From: an uncultured delta proteobacterium
Lineage (GTDB): Bacteria > Desulfobacterota > Binatia > UBA9968
Length of the DNA: 64,000 bases
NCBI GenBank assembly: GCA_963816145.1
Contig: CAWFJP010000029.1
Location: 224,001 to 288,000 of the forward strand
Direction of reading: 5' to 3'
A program made the translations under genes and the position numbers. Of the stretch, positions 1-9,916 are shown piece after piece (within the stretch, counting starts at the first letter, position 1; every line of letters starts with the position of its first letter). The notes under the pieces were generated by a model, which saw only the letters and a list, made by a program, of their open reading frames with translations, ran no database searches and was not told where the DNA came from.

Positions 1-23
1 GGGAACAATTTGCAAAGTGACGC

Positions 24-2196
24 TCATTGAATCTCTACCACTGCGTCGACGGCGACCACGCCCTGGCCTTTGGGCAGGACGATCAGCGGATTGATGTCGA
101 CGCCGTTGAGTTGATCGCCGAGACTTACAGCGAGATTGCGAGACGGCGACGATCGCTTCGCACAGGGCATCGACATCGCCGGCCGGTTTGCCGCGCACGC
201 CACCGAGAATTTGAAAACCGCGCAATCGGGAGAGCATGTCGCGGGCTTGCCGGTGTGACAACGGCGGGATGCCGACGGCGATGTCTTTCAGCACTTCGAC
301 CAGAATGCCGCCCAAACCGCATAGCACCACCGGGCCGAAGAGCGGATCGCGCTTGATGCCGAGGATCATTTCCACGCCTTCGCCGGCCATGCGCTGGACG
401 ATGACGCCGTCGATTTTGGCATTTGGCACGCGGCTTGTGACCTTGCTTTGAATGTTGCTGAACGCCGTCACGAACTTCGCCGGCGTTCGTCAGTCGCAGC
501 GCCACGCCGCCGACATCGCTTTTGTGGGTGATTTGCGCGGATTCGACCTTGAGAACAACCGGATAGCCCATTTTGTCAGCGGCGGCGGCAGCTTCGTCGG
601 CGGCTTCGCGCCAGCACCGTCGGCGCCACAGGAATGTTGAATTCTTTGAACAGCGCAAACGCGGCTTCGGCGCCGAGAACTCCTGACGGCAGCTTGGCGT
701 GCGCTTTCGGCCATGGAACGTCGCCGCCGCCGGTCAGGCGGGCTTTCTGAAAATCGTAGTAGTCGGCCAAGTTTCTGATCGTCGCCGTCGCGCATTCCGC
801 GCCTTCCATGATCGGGATGCCGGCGCTACGCAACGGTTGGAGAATCTCCGGATCGACCGGACCGCCGACCACGGAACTGAAGGTGGCGATGGGCTTTTTG
901 CTGGCGGCGGCGGCCTTTTCAATCGCCATCGTGAAACGGTTGCCGCTCTTGAGTTCTTTGGCCTCGGATCGTTGGCTTCGAGATTGATCGTGACGATGTC
1001 GATGTTGGCGTCGTCGACCAGACCTTGGAGCAGGCGCGGGAAAATCTTGTCGTCGTCGTACATGGCGCCGGTGCCGTCGAGCGGATTGTTCATGTTGCCG
1101 AAGTCGGCGACCGATTCTTGTAAATTGACTTTGGTCGCTTCGGTGAGTTCCGGAACGTCGACACCGACATTGGATGCGGCGTCGGAAACCAGCGTGCACT
1201 CACCGCCGGAGCCGCTGAGCACGCCGATGCGCCGGCCGCCGCGATATTTCTTGATAAAACCGTCGCAGGAAAAAACACTGACGCTGTCGATGAGTTCGTT
1301 GATACTGCGCACCGAGACGATGCCGCCTTGGCGAAACGCCGCGTCGACCACTTCGGCGGCACCGGCGAGCGAACCGGAGTGGGTCGCGGCAGCGCGCTTC
1401 GACACGTCGGAGCGGCCGCCTTTGAGAATAATCAGCGGCTTGTTCGCTTCGGCGGCTTTGCGCGCGACGGCGAGCAAGCGTTCCGGTTGTTTGAAGCCTT
1501 CGACGAACACCGCGATGACCGTGTGTTCGGCGTCTTCGACGAAGTAGTTCATGTACTCTTCGATGGTCGCGCCGGATTGATTGCCGCAGGAAATGATGTG
1601 GCTCAAGCCGACATGGCGGTTGAGCATGAGCGCGTTGGCAATCGTCGTGCTCAAGTCCGCCGCTCTGGGAGATCAAAGCCACCGAGCCGGTGATAAATCC
1701 CGGCGGTATCGTCGAGGCGAACAACGGCGCTTTGCCGTGGACGTTCAAGCACGCCGTAGCAGTTGGGGCCGCAGATAAGAAAGCCGCGCTCTTTCGACAA
1801 GGCTTCGAGCCGCGCCTGGCGGACTTTGCCTTCGCCGCCGATCTCGCCGAAGCCGGCGGCGAACACGACCGCCGCGCGCACGCCAGCGTTGGCAGCCGAT
1901 TCCAATAAGTCTGGCACATGACGATTCGGAACTGCCGAAACGATGCAATCCACCGGTTCGGGAATCGATGCGACGTCTGGATAGCAGGGATAGCCCATGA
2001 TCTCGGTATATTTGGGATTGACCGTGACGATGCGGCCGGTGAAACCGAAGTTGCGCAGGTTGCGGATCACCCGATTGCCACGCGGCTCGCGCGCCAGATT
2101 GGCGTCCGTGCCGCGCTGGGAAGCGCCGACGATGGCGACGGACTTGGGGGCGATCAGCGGCGTGAGGTCGCGCCAATCAATAGACTGTTTCGACAT
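24..2196 (-). pseudogene. Acetate--CoA ligase (ADP-forming acyl-CoA synthetase) family, broken by about 6 frameshifts (pseudogene or sequencing error)
   Basis: Consecutive segments in different frames: PKSVAIVGAS...ICGPNCYG (1651..2202), LNVHG...VALISQSGGL (1200..1919 frame), IISCGNQ...KGGRS...SGSGGE...NPLD (734..1654), GIPIMEG...FNIPVAPT (576..1199), GYPVVLKVES..HKSDVGGV (125..658), and C-terminal DINPLIVLPKGQGVVAVDAVVEIQ* ending at 24. Confidence 0.85.
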
Positions 2197-2210
2197 AGGC
2201 AAGTCCTAAT

Positions 2211-2297
2211 TGAGATTTGGAGTCCTGAAGTATTGGGGTTCGGAATCGGAACCATCACTCCAGAATACCGACACCCCATCACTCCATCACTCCATCA
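2211..2297. repeat. Octamer-period intergenic repeat (ACTCCATC-like), arranged as an imperfect inverted array
   Basis: ggagtcctgaagtattgggg ... ccccatcactccatcactccatc. Confidence 0.55.
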
Positions 2298-3170
2298 TTT
2301 CTTCTTTGCCCGCGGTCCGAAAGGTTCGGGTTGGAACGGGCCGTCGCGTCTTTGCAGGTAGGCCTTCGTGCCTTCTTTGGCGCGCACTTCGTCGAGGGGA
2401 CGGCGGAACTCTTCGCGCAGCATCATATGCGCCGGGATCGACAAGGTTTCGTCCATGTGGAGCGCGTCACGCAGTCCCATCATTTGCAAACCCATGGTCG
2501 AGATCGCGAGATTGATTTTCACCGTCTCCGGCGGCACATGGGCGATGCGCTCGACGATCTTGAAACACTCGTCGATCAAATCATCGACCGGCACGACTTT
2601 GTTGACCAAACCGATGCGGTGCGCTTCCTTGGCATCGATGTGATCGCCGACCAGTCCGTAGCGCAGGGCGTTCTTGAATCCGGCAAGCAGTGTCCACATG
2701 AACGTCGTATTCGAACCGTGGCGCACTTCCGGTTGGGCGAAGACGGCGTCTTCGGCGGCGATGGTGATATGGGTGTAAAGCGCCAGCCAACAGCCGCCGC
2801 CCATGGCCCAGCCACGCACGGCGCCGATGACCGGCTTGGTCATTTCTAGAATTCGCACCAGATTCACGTCGTCGTGGGACCAGTAGTTCATTAGATCGGC
2901 GGCGCTCATGCCGCTCTGGATGCCGTAGGGCCATTGAATATCGCGGCGCCGGCCGCTCGACGGCGCCTGATCGAAGCCGGAGCTGAAGGCCCGCCCAGCG
3001 CCGGTGATAACGACGGCGCGGATCTCCGGGTCGGTCTCGGCCTGGTCCAAGGCGTCGTGGAATTCCTTCAGCATCGGCCGGGTGATCGCGTTAAGCGCTT
3101 CGGGCCGATTTAACGTAATCAGTACGCCGCCGCGTTGTTTCTGATAGATAATCTCTTTGTAGTCAGACAT
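2295..3170 (-). CDS. Enoyl-CoA hydratase/isomerase (crotonase) family protein
   Basis: ITLNRPEALNAI, TGAGRAFSSGFD, KPVIGAVRGWAMGGG, FAQPEVRHG, IDAKEAHRIGLVNKVVP. Confidence 0.92.
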   Translation of the reverse strand: MSDYKEIIYQKQRGGVLITLNRPEALNAITRPMLKEFHDALDQAETDPEIRAVVITGAGRAFSSGFDQAPSSGRRRDIQWPYGIQSGMSAADLMNYWSHDDVNLVRILEMTKPVIGAVRGWAMGGGCWLALYTHITIAAEDAVFAQPEVRHGSNTTFMWTLLAGFKNALRYGLVGDHIDAKEAHRIGLVNKVVPVDDLIDECFKIVERIAHVPPETVKINLAISTMGLQMMGLRDALHMDETLSIPAHMMLREEFRRPLDEVRAKEGTKAYLQRRDGPFQPEPFGPRAKKK

Positions 3171-3180
3171 TTTAATTCCT

Positions 3181-3276
3181 TCGTTTCATTCGTTCCAAAC
3201 GTTCCAGTTGTTCCAATTGTTCGATTCGTGTCTGAAACGGTTGAAACCATTGGAACTATTGGAACGGCTGGAACTA
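3181..3276. repeat. Nonamer-period inverted repeat array (GTTCCANNN / NNNTGGAAC)
   Basis: gttccaaac gttccagtt gttccaatt ... ttggaacta ttggaacgg ctggaacta. Confidence 0.7.
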
Positions 3277-3284
3277 TCTTTTAT

Positions 3285-4352
3285 TCACCGGTATTCGCCT
3301 TCATACAAGTTCTTGAAGAAGCCGCTGGTTTCCAGTTCGCGGACGATGCTCTCGTCGAGGAACAGTTTGGCGTCGGCGCCCTTGGCTTTGGGGTCTTCGA
3401 TGCCGACGAAATCCAATGTCGTTTCCACGGCTTTGGGCGTGGCGTAGGGGATTTGGTTGTAAAACTTGGTGGCGAGCAGGTTGTACGACATTTCCAAATA
3501 CTTCACATCCTTTTCCTCGGCCGATTGGATGCGCAGCTTCTTTTGCATGACGGCGATGCTGTCGCGCCGATTCTTTTTGAAATAAGCCATCCCTTCGCAA
3601 TAGCCTTTGACGAAACGCAGCGCTTGATCCCGGTTACGTTTCAAGTAGCCGCGCGTGGTGTCGATGGAGTTCTGTAAGTAAATGATGTCCAGATCGACCG
3701 GATCGGCGAGCAGGCGATAGCCGCGTTCTTCGGCGAGGAAAAAGGTCGGCAGCGTCAGCACCGCGCCATCGATGGCGCGATTGTCCAGGCTGGCGAGGTT
3801 GGCCGGCGAAGAGCCGAGTTGAAGTATCTGCACCTCGTCATTGCGCATGTTCCATTTGCGCAGCATCAGTTGCAGCACCCAGTGGGACGCCGAGCCGAAG
3901 CGGGTCACGCCGATCTTCTTGCCCTTCAAGTCCGCTGGAGTTCTGATCTCCGAACGCACCATGAGGCGCTGCAAGCCGGTCTTCAACGGCGATACGGCTA
4001 AAACCGTATCGGCGCCCTTTAGAGCAGCGCGAATCACCGCGTCGCCGCCGCCTACCGAAAACTGGATTTCACCCGCGAGTAATGAGCTTACGACTCGAGA
4101 GGCGCCGCCGCCCATGACGATCACTTCAGGATCGATGCCGTATTTTTTGAACAAGCCCTTTTCTTCGGCGACCCACATGGCGCCCTGGGTGGCGCTCACC
4201 GAACTCAGGCCAACGCGCAGTCTTTCTTGGGCGTTGGCCGGTTGGATCGTCCAAAGGGCGACAACCGCCACAAAGAAAGTAGAAAAAAGTGAGTGGACCA
4301 TCGGTGACCTACTTGGCAAAGTTCGAAACCCGTTGCTTTCCGGTGAATTCAT
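3285..4352 (-). CDS. ABC transporter substrate-binding protein, NitT/TauT (NMT1/THI5-like) family; true start probably further downstream
   Basis: Signal peptide, WVAEEKGLFKKYGID, DLKGKKIGVTRFGSAS, DESIVRELETSGF. Confidence 0.88.
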   Translation of the reverse strand: MNSPESNGFRTLPSRSPMVHSLFSTFFVAVVALWTIQPANAQERLRVGLSSVSATQGAMWVAEEKGLFKKYGIDPEVIVMGGGASRVVSSLLAGEIQFSVGGGDAVIRAALKGADTVLAVSPLKTGLQRLMVRSEIRTPADLKGKKIGVTRFGSASHWVLQLMLRKWNMRNDEVQILQLGSSPANLASLDNRAIDGAVLTLPTFFLAEERGYRLLADPVDLDIIYLQNSIDTTRGYLKRNRDQALRFVKGYCEGMAYFKKNRRDSIAVMQKKLRIQSAEEKDVKYLEMSYNLLATKFYNQIPYATPKAVETTLDFVGIEDPKAKGADAKLFLDESIVRELETSGFFKNLYEGEYR

Positions 4353-4357
4353 TATCC

Positions 4358-4439
4358 GTCATGCCGGCGCAGGCCGGCATCCATCTTTGCTTGTGCTGCA
4401 AGGCCAAAAAAGCTGGATTCCGGCCTGTGCCGAAATGAC
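4358..4439. repeat. REP-like palindromic element (GTCATGCCGGC...ATCCA / TGGATTCCGGC...ATGAC family)
   Basis: gtcatgccggcgcaggccggcatcca ... ctggattccggcctgtgccgaaatgac; related copies at 14586, 36785 and 50100. Confidence 0.75.
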
Positions 4440-4531
4440 AACATTGGTTTCCAAACTGCACTCCTCTTAAGTAGTAGAAAGTGCGGTTGGGCGTCAAGGG
4501 AGCTGGCGAGAAAAACTACTTACTTCGCGCG

Positions 4532-5572
4532 CTATTTCCAAACGTTGTCGAGGAAACCGGATGATTTGAGCTCGTTGACGAAAGAATTGTCGTAGTAGGC
4601 GCTGGTCGGCGTCGATTGCGCGGACTTCGTATCGATCATGTTCAGCTGCGCCATGCGTTGCACCATCGATTGCACGACGTTGTCAGGCACCGCCGGGTCC
4701 CGGGCGAAATTATCGGTCACGTAGGCATAACTTTGGCGCAGCACCTCGGGGTCGGTGATGCCGAGGTATTTGCCGATGAGCCGCTTGGTGAAATCCTCGT
4801 TGGCACTGACGAATTTCGTAGCTTCCACGGTGGCTTTGATCAGCCGGACAACCAAATCCCGGTGCGTTGATGCGTAGGATCGTCTGGCGACGATGCCCTG
4901 GGATATGAATCCGCTTCCCAAGGCGCGCAAGTCTTTTGGCGATGCCAGTTCGCGATAACCTTCCTTGAGCAATCGAAATGTGTGGGGCGGCGAGAGCACC
5001 GCGCCGTCGATGGCGCCGCGGATGAGCGCGGCAACGGCTTCGGGGAAGCCGCCCATTTGGAGTGTGCTCACGTCTTTCAAATTATTCCGTTCGAGTAGCG
5101 TTCTGAGCGCGAAATCGGTGACCGAACCGAAGCGGGTGATGCCGATCTTCTTGCCTTGCAGCGAGCGAACATCGCGGATATCGGCGCGCACCATGAGCGA
5201 CTGGGTAAAGTAAGGCAGCAGTGCGGCAATCTGAATGATGTCGCCGCCGCTCAAAACATTGGTGATCACCGCCGGTCCACCGAAGGCGGCCAAGTTCGCC
5301 GAGCCTGACAACATGGACTGCACCATCACTGCGGATGCGCCGACATAAACCATATCGACGGCAAGGCCATGTTTTTCGAACAGCCTTGCCTCCTTGGCGA
5401 CGACGAAGGGGACGCTGTTGAGACCGAGCGGGCCGTAGGGGAAGGGAACTTTGGTCAGTTCTTGGGCGTGCGATTGCTGTTGGATGAGTAGTGCGGCGAC
5501 CAGGGTCGCGATGGCGACGAGTGGCTTCATGACTCTTTTGATTGCATAGCGCGTCTCTGCGCTTGCGGTCAA
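4532..5572 (-). CDS. ABC transporter substrate-binding protein, NitT/TauT family
   Basis: Signal peptide, LFEKHGL, LQGKKIGITRFGSVTD, IDGAVLSPP, DNSFVNELKSSGF; paralogue of 3285..4352. Confidence 0.88.
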   Translation of the reverse strand: MTASAETRYAIKRVMKPLVAIATLVAALLIQQQSHAQELTKVPFPYGPLGLNSVPFVVAKEARLFEKHGLAVDMVYVGASAVMVQSMLSGSANLAAFGGPAVITNVLSGGDIIQIAALLPYFTQSLMVRADIRDVRSLQGKKIGITRFGSVTDFALRTLLERNNLKDVSTLQMGGFPEAVAALIRGAIDGAVLSPPHTFRLLKEGYRELASPKDLRALGSGFISQGIVARRSYASTHRDLVVRLIKATVEATKFVSANEDFTKRLIGKYLGITDPEVLRQSYAYVTDNFARDPAVPDNVVQSMVQRMAQLNMIDTKSAQSTPTSAYYDNSFVNELKSSGFLDNVWK

Positions 5573-5659
5573 GAAAATTTACCCGGTTCTTGCCAAGCGA
5601 ATTTGCTTCACATAATCATCGCGTAGACAGCTTTCGAGTTTCGTATCCGGAGGAAACTG

Positions 5660-6469
5660 ATGCCCAAGGTTAAAGTAAACGACATTGAACTTTACTACGA
5701 AGAACATGGCAGCGGCCGGCCGATGGTGTTTTTGAGCGAAACCGCCTGCGACGGTGAGGTGTGGAAGATCAATCAAGTCGTCGATTTTTCCAGGGATCAC
5801 CGAGTGATCACCTTCGACTATCGAGGCACCGGACAGTCGAGCAAACCGTCGATGGATTACACGACTAAAATGTTCTGTGACGATGTCATCGGCTTGATGG
5901 ATCGTCTCAACGCCGAAGAGGCCATCGTCGTCGGCCATTCCATGGGCGGCCGGGTCGCGCAGTTGATGGCGCTCGACCAGCCCAAGAAGGTGCACAAGCT
6001 GGTGCTGGCGTCCACCGGCGCCCATTATCCCCAAACCAAGGGCTTGCCGCTCAAAATCATGAAGGAAATGATCGAGTGGGGCTACGAGAAATACGAGCGG
6101 GATCACACCATCCTGGTGGGCTGGACCGATGATTACGTCAAGCAGCATCCGGAGAAGATCGAAGCTTATCTAAAGGTTCGCATGACCAACCTATGCCCTG
6201 TGGAGTTTTACCTGCGCCACCTGATCGCGCGTCAGTGCCATGACACGAGCCAAAGGTTGAAGGACATTAAACAGCCGACGCTGATCCTGGTCGGCGACGG
6301 TGACGTCAACATGACCAGCGAGATGAATCACCGCATGTCGACGGAAGTATTGGCGAAGGGGATTCCCAATTCTAAAGTCGTAATGTTAGCAAACGAGCGG
6401 CATAGTTATTTTTTCAGCAATCCCGATCGGGCGCATCAGGCGATCCGCGAGTTCATTCGTCAGGGGTAG
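5660..6469 (+). CDS. Alpha/beta fold hydrolase
   Basis: LYYEEHGSG, FDYRGTGQS, nucleophile motif GHSMGG, PTLILVG; RBS GGAGG. Confidence 0.9.
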   Translation: MPKVKVNDIELYYEEHGSGRPMVFLSETACDGEVWKINQVVDFSRDHRVITFDYRGTGQSSKPSMDYTTKMFCDDVIGLMDRLNAEEAIVVGHSMGGRVAQLMALDQPKKVHKLVLASTGAHYPQTKGLPLKIMKEMIEWGYEKYERDHTILVGWTDDYVKQHPEKIEAYLKVRMTNLCPVEFYLRHLIARQCHDTSQRLKDIKQPTLILVGDGDVNMTSEMNHRMSTEVLAKGIPNSKVVMLANERHSYFFSNPDRAHQAIREFIRQG

Positions 6470-6493
6470 GGGCGACCGGCCGATCGCCCTTAC
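6466..6493. repeat. GTAG-type REP palindrome
   Basis: GTAGGGGCGACCGGCCGATCGCCCTTAC between the two hydrolase genes. Confidence 0.65.
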
Positions 6494-6524
6494 AGGCAAA
6501 GTCGCAAAGAAAGGGAAGGGCAAA

Positions 6525-7331
6525 ATGCCCACCGTACGCACCAACGACGCTGAGATCTACTACGAAACTCACGGCCAAGGGCAGCCGTTTCTGTTTTTTA
6601 GCGAGACCGCTTGCGACGGGCAGATCTGGAAACTTTTTCAGGTGCCGGAATTTGCCAAGGATCACACGGTGATTGTCCACGATTACCGCGGCACTGGCAG
6701 GTCGAGTAAGCCGCCCATCGATTACACGACCAAAATGTTTTGCGACGACGCCGTGGCGCTACTCGATCACTTGAACGTTAAAGATGCCATCGTGCTTGGC
6801 CACTCGATGGGCGGACGAGTGGCGCAATTGCTCGCGTTGGATCATCCGCAGCGGGTGAAAAAGTTGATCCTCGCCTCCACCGGCGCGTCGTTTCCCGGCG
6901 GCGCCGGCCTGCCGTTGCAGATGTGCAAAGAAATGATCGAGTGGGGCTATGAGAAGTATGTGCGCGAGCATACCGTCCAAGTCGGTTTCACAGACGAATT
7001 CGTCAAGAGCCGGCCGGAGCGGCTGGAGGCGTTCTTTCGCCAGCGATTGGCAAATATCTGCCCGGTGGAGTTCTACCTGCGCCATGTGCTGTCGCGCCAA
7101 GGACATGACACAAGCAGCAGGCTCAAGGATATTCGCATGCCGACGCTGGTGATGGTCGGCGAGCTGGAGGGCGACCCGAACGTCGTCATGACCCATCGAA
7201 TGTCATCCGATATTCTCGCCAAGGGAATTCCCAACGCAAAATTCGTCATGCTGCCGAAGCAAAAACATAACTACTTCACCAGCGATACGGAAACTGTGCA
7301 CCGGGTGATTCGTGAGTTTCTGGCGCAATAG
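6525..7331 (+). CDS. Alpha/beta fold hydrolase (tandem paralogue)
   Basis: IYYETHGQG, DYRGTGRS, GHSMGG; clearly similar to 5660..6469. Confidence 0.9.
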   Translation: MPTVRTNDAEIYYETHGQGQPFLFFSETACDGQIWKLFQVPEFAKDHTVIVHDYRGTGRSSKPPIDYTTKMFCDDAVALLDHLNVKDAIVLGHSMGGRVAQLLALDHPQRVKKLILASTGASFPGGAGLPLQMCKEMIEWGYEKYVREHTVQVGFTDEFVKSRPERLEAFFRQRLANICPVEFYLRHVLSRQGHDTSSRLKDIRMPTLVMVGELEGDPNVVMTHRMSSDILAKGIPNAKFVMLPKQKHNYFTSDTETVHRVIREFLAQ

Positions 7332-7358
7332 GGCCAGCCCGATCTCCGATGGACGGTT

Positions 7359-7777
7359 CCTCCCTTTGGCAAAGGGAGGTTAGGAGGGATTTTCCACAAA
7401 GTGATAGATCGCCTCCAGCACGGAGTCTGTCTCTAGCAACACTTGTCGGTCGTCAAAACGAATGACTTTCAATCCTTGCTCCTCCAGATCCCTGGTCCGT
7501 TGAGCGTCGTAGTTTGCTTGTCCGCGTTCCAAATGCTGAGCGCCGTCGAGCTCGATGACTAGTTTTGCCGCCGGTGCATAAAAGTCAGCGATGTAGTTGC
7601 CGATAGGCTTTTGCCTGTAGAATTGTACGCCGCGAATTTGTCTTCGCCGCAGGCGGGACGACAAATGAAGTTCGGCATCGGTTGGTTTGGCACGCAAGGC
7701 GCGAGCTTTGGCCTTGAGCCTTCGATTGTATGTCAACACCTGGCAAATCCCCCCGGTCCCCCCTTTTCAAAGGGGGG
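7359..7777. mobile_element. DUF559 gene bracketed by inverted palindromic repeats (putative small selfish cassette)
   Basis: Left 7359-7392 reverse complement AAATCCCTCCTAACCTCCCTTTGCCAAAGGGAGG; right 7745-7777 AAATCCCCCCGGTCCCCCCTTTTCAAAGGGGGG. Confidence 0.55.
7380..7739 (-). CDS. DUF559 / Vsr-like endonuclease domain protein
   Basis: ARALRAKPTDAE..L...LRRRQ..GVQFYRQKPIGNYIADFY....KLVIELDGAQH...DAQRT..LE..GLKVIRF. Confidence 0.9.
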   Translation of the reverse strand: MLTYNRRLKAKARALRAKPTDAELHLSSRLRRRQIRGVQFYRQKPIGNYIADFYAPAAKLVIELDGAQHLERGQANYDAQRTRDLEEQGLKVIRFDDRQVLLETDSVLEAIYHFVENPS

Positions 7778-7843
7778 TGAAACCCGTAACAACAGCGTTC
7801 CTTACCAAAATTCACCCATTCGATTGGGCGAAGAGCGGTAAAA

Positions 7844-8173
7844 TTATAGATGAACAAACGCCCTCACCCAATTTTTTGGCAGTGCAGTGTGGCCTTGGCC
7901 GGTGACGTCTTCGGCCAAGAAGACATCGCCAGGACCGAAGGTTTTTTTCGTGCCGTCGCCGATGCCGATCTCACAGGTGCCGGACAGCGTGATGCACCAT
8001 TGACGCCGCGGCGCGTTGTGCCAGCCGTGCAGATCGTCGCGGTTCTGATCGTTCTTGAACATCAATGCTTTGACCGTAATTGCGCTTTGAAAGAGTTTCG
8101 CGCCTTCGCTCTGATCGAGCTCCTCGAAGTGAGATTTGCCATCGTCGCCGGTATACATTCGACAAAATTGCAT
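7844..8173 (-). CDS. Small cupin-like protein
   Basis: DGKSHFEE, WHNAPRRQWCITLSG..EI..GDG....FGPGDVFLAEDVTGQGH. Confidence 0.75.
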   Translation of the reverse strand: MQFCRMYTGDDGKSHFEELDQSEGAKLFQSAITVKALMFKNDQNRDDLHGWHNAPRRQWCITLSGTCEIGIGDGTKKTFGPGDVFLAEDVTGQGHTALPKNWVRAFVHL

Positions 8174-8307
8174 AAAGCCTCCAATGCTAAATGTGTTCTA
8201 GCCTTTAGCAGTATTCCATTTAGTTTTCCAAGCTAACTCATTTAGTTCATTGACAGCGATGCTCGGGCGGGGTAGCAAGATCAAACGTTATTGAAAGCGG
8301 GGGAGAA

Positions 8308-9043
8308 ATGGCGGATACCAACTGGGAAACTACTTGGGGCGACAAAAAGTTTGTCGAGGACTGGGCAAGCAAGGGGAGCTGGCAGGCGCCGATTCGGAAT
8401 GTTCAAACCGCGATGGTGCTGCGCATGATCCCGCAGCCGATCGATGCGCCGATCCGGGTCTTGGATGTCGGCGCCGGCTATGGCGCGCTGGCGGCGGCAG
8501 TGTTACGGGATCGTCCTAATGCGACAGCGGTCTGTCTCGACGCTTCGGAAGCGATGCTGGATCTCGGTCCGGCAAAAAATCCTGATCTGAAGCATCGCAT
8601 GACCTTTGTTCAAGCATCGCTTGAGTCACCGGATTGGCTCAAGCTCGGTGGATGGCACCTTCGATGCGGTGGTTTCCGCGCGCGCGCTGCATCACTTTAC
8701 TGAAAATCAACGCCGCCGTGCGATCTTCAAAGAAATTTTCGACTTGGTGCGCAGCGGCGGCGGTTTCATCAACGCCGACAACGTGCGCGGCGCTAGCAAG
8801 AGCCTAAGTGAGCGATATCGGTGTGCTCGGGATGAATATCTTGACCGCTATGTCAGGGAGTCGAGCGGCGGCAAGACCAATCTGGCCGAGGCCAAAGCGG
8901 CGACGCCGAGCAGTTATCATGGACCGCATAACAACGGCCTTCTCGAAGAAGAGTTGGCCTGGCTGCGCGAAGCCGGGTTTCACGATGTCGATTGCTTTTG
9001 GAAGTTTACCACGACGGTGGTGTATGGCGGATTCAAACCGTGA
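8308..9043 (+). pseudogene. Class I SAM-dependent methyltransferase with one frameshift near 8644
   Basis: VLDVGAGYG and CLDASEAML in 8308..8703; continues as VDGTFDAVVSARALHH...LAWLREAGF..VDCFWK in 8606..9043. Confidence 0.8.
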
Positions 9044-9045
9044 TT

Positions 9046-9076
9046 CGTTCAAACCGTTCAAAAAGTTCAAATCGTT
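9046..9076. repeat. Nonamer-period repeat (GTTCAAANN)
   Basis: cgttcaaac cgttcaaaa agttcaaat cgtt; same family as 3181. Confidence 0.55.
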
Positions 9077-9094
9077 TTCGGACGGCTCGCGTGC

Positions 9095-9862
9095 CTATAA
9101 CGTCGCTTTGAACCGTAGACGGACATAGTCGGCGTACCAGTTGTCGTCCGGTTTCTGCAGCTTCGGTTGGAGTTGCGCGCGAACTTCATCTAAAAATTCT
9201 GCTCGTTGGGACTCTGCCACAGCTTTACTGAACGGTTGAGCGAAGACTTCGAGCCAGTCGAGAATATCTCCCGGTAATTTTGTCGGGCGCGGGATCAATT
9301 CGACATAGTCGACCGTGAAGCCATGGCGATTCAACAGCCCCGTGTACTCTTGCGGGTCGGCGTAGTACCACGGGTCGACGGCCCATGGATCGATGCTGCG
9401 GTTTCGCAGAGCGCTGTGCAACGCCTGACGGATGGTTTCGACATTGCCTTTGCCGCCGAACTCGCCGACGAAACGGCCGCCGGGTTTGAGAGCAGCGGCG
9501 ACCCCTTCGACAACTTTCTCCGCTTGTTTCATCCAGTGCAGCGCGGCGTTGGTGAAGACCGCGTCGAAGCGGCGCTTTAGACCAGTTTGCTGGCCATCCA
9601 TGACAAAGACGGTTGCGCCGCGATTTCGCGCGGCTAGAAGTTGAGCTAGGCTGGTATCGCAGCCGTATACTGTGCAGCCGGCGGCGAGGATCTTTTCGGT
9701 CAAAGCGCCGTCGCCGCAACCGAGATCTAAAATAGTTTCGCCGGGCTTGCCGGCGAGCAACTCGAGCAAGGGCTCGCCGAGGTCGGAAACGAAACGCGCG
9801 TTCGTGGCGTAGCTAGCCGGGTTCCATGTGGTTGTATGGGTCATGTACAGCAAAATTATCAT
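9095..9862 (-). CDS. Class I SAM-dependent methyltransferase (trans-aconitate methyltransferase-like)
   Basis: ILDLGCGDG, FDAVFTNAALHWM, LKPGGRFVGEFGGKGN, ADYVRLRF. Confidence 0.9.
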   Translation of the reverse strand: MIILLYMTHTTTWNPASYATNARFVSDLGEPLLELLAGKPGETILDLGCGDGALTEKILAAGCTVYGCDTSLAQLLAARNRGATVFVMDGQQTGLKRRFDAVFTNAALHWMKQAEKVVEGVAAALKPGGRFVGEFGGKGNVETIRQALHSALRNRSIDPWAVDPWYYADPQEYTGLLNRHGFTVDYVELIPRPTKLPGDILDWLEVFAQPFSKAVAESQRAEFLDEVRAQLQPKLQKPDDNWYADYVRLRFKATL

Positions 9863-9916
9863 TTCTCAACTATCTTGAAAAACCGAAATATCACCGTAGT
9901 CTGACCCATATAGCTT

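Noticed and set aside
8606-8703. Programmed frameshift in the methyltransferase
   Set aside because: No slippery sequence at the junction; a single-base indel error or mutation is more likely.
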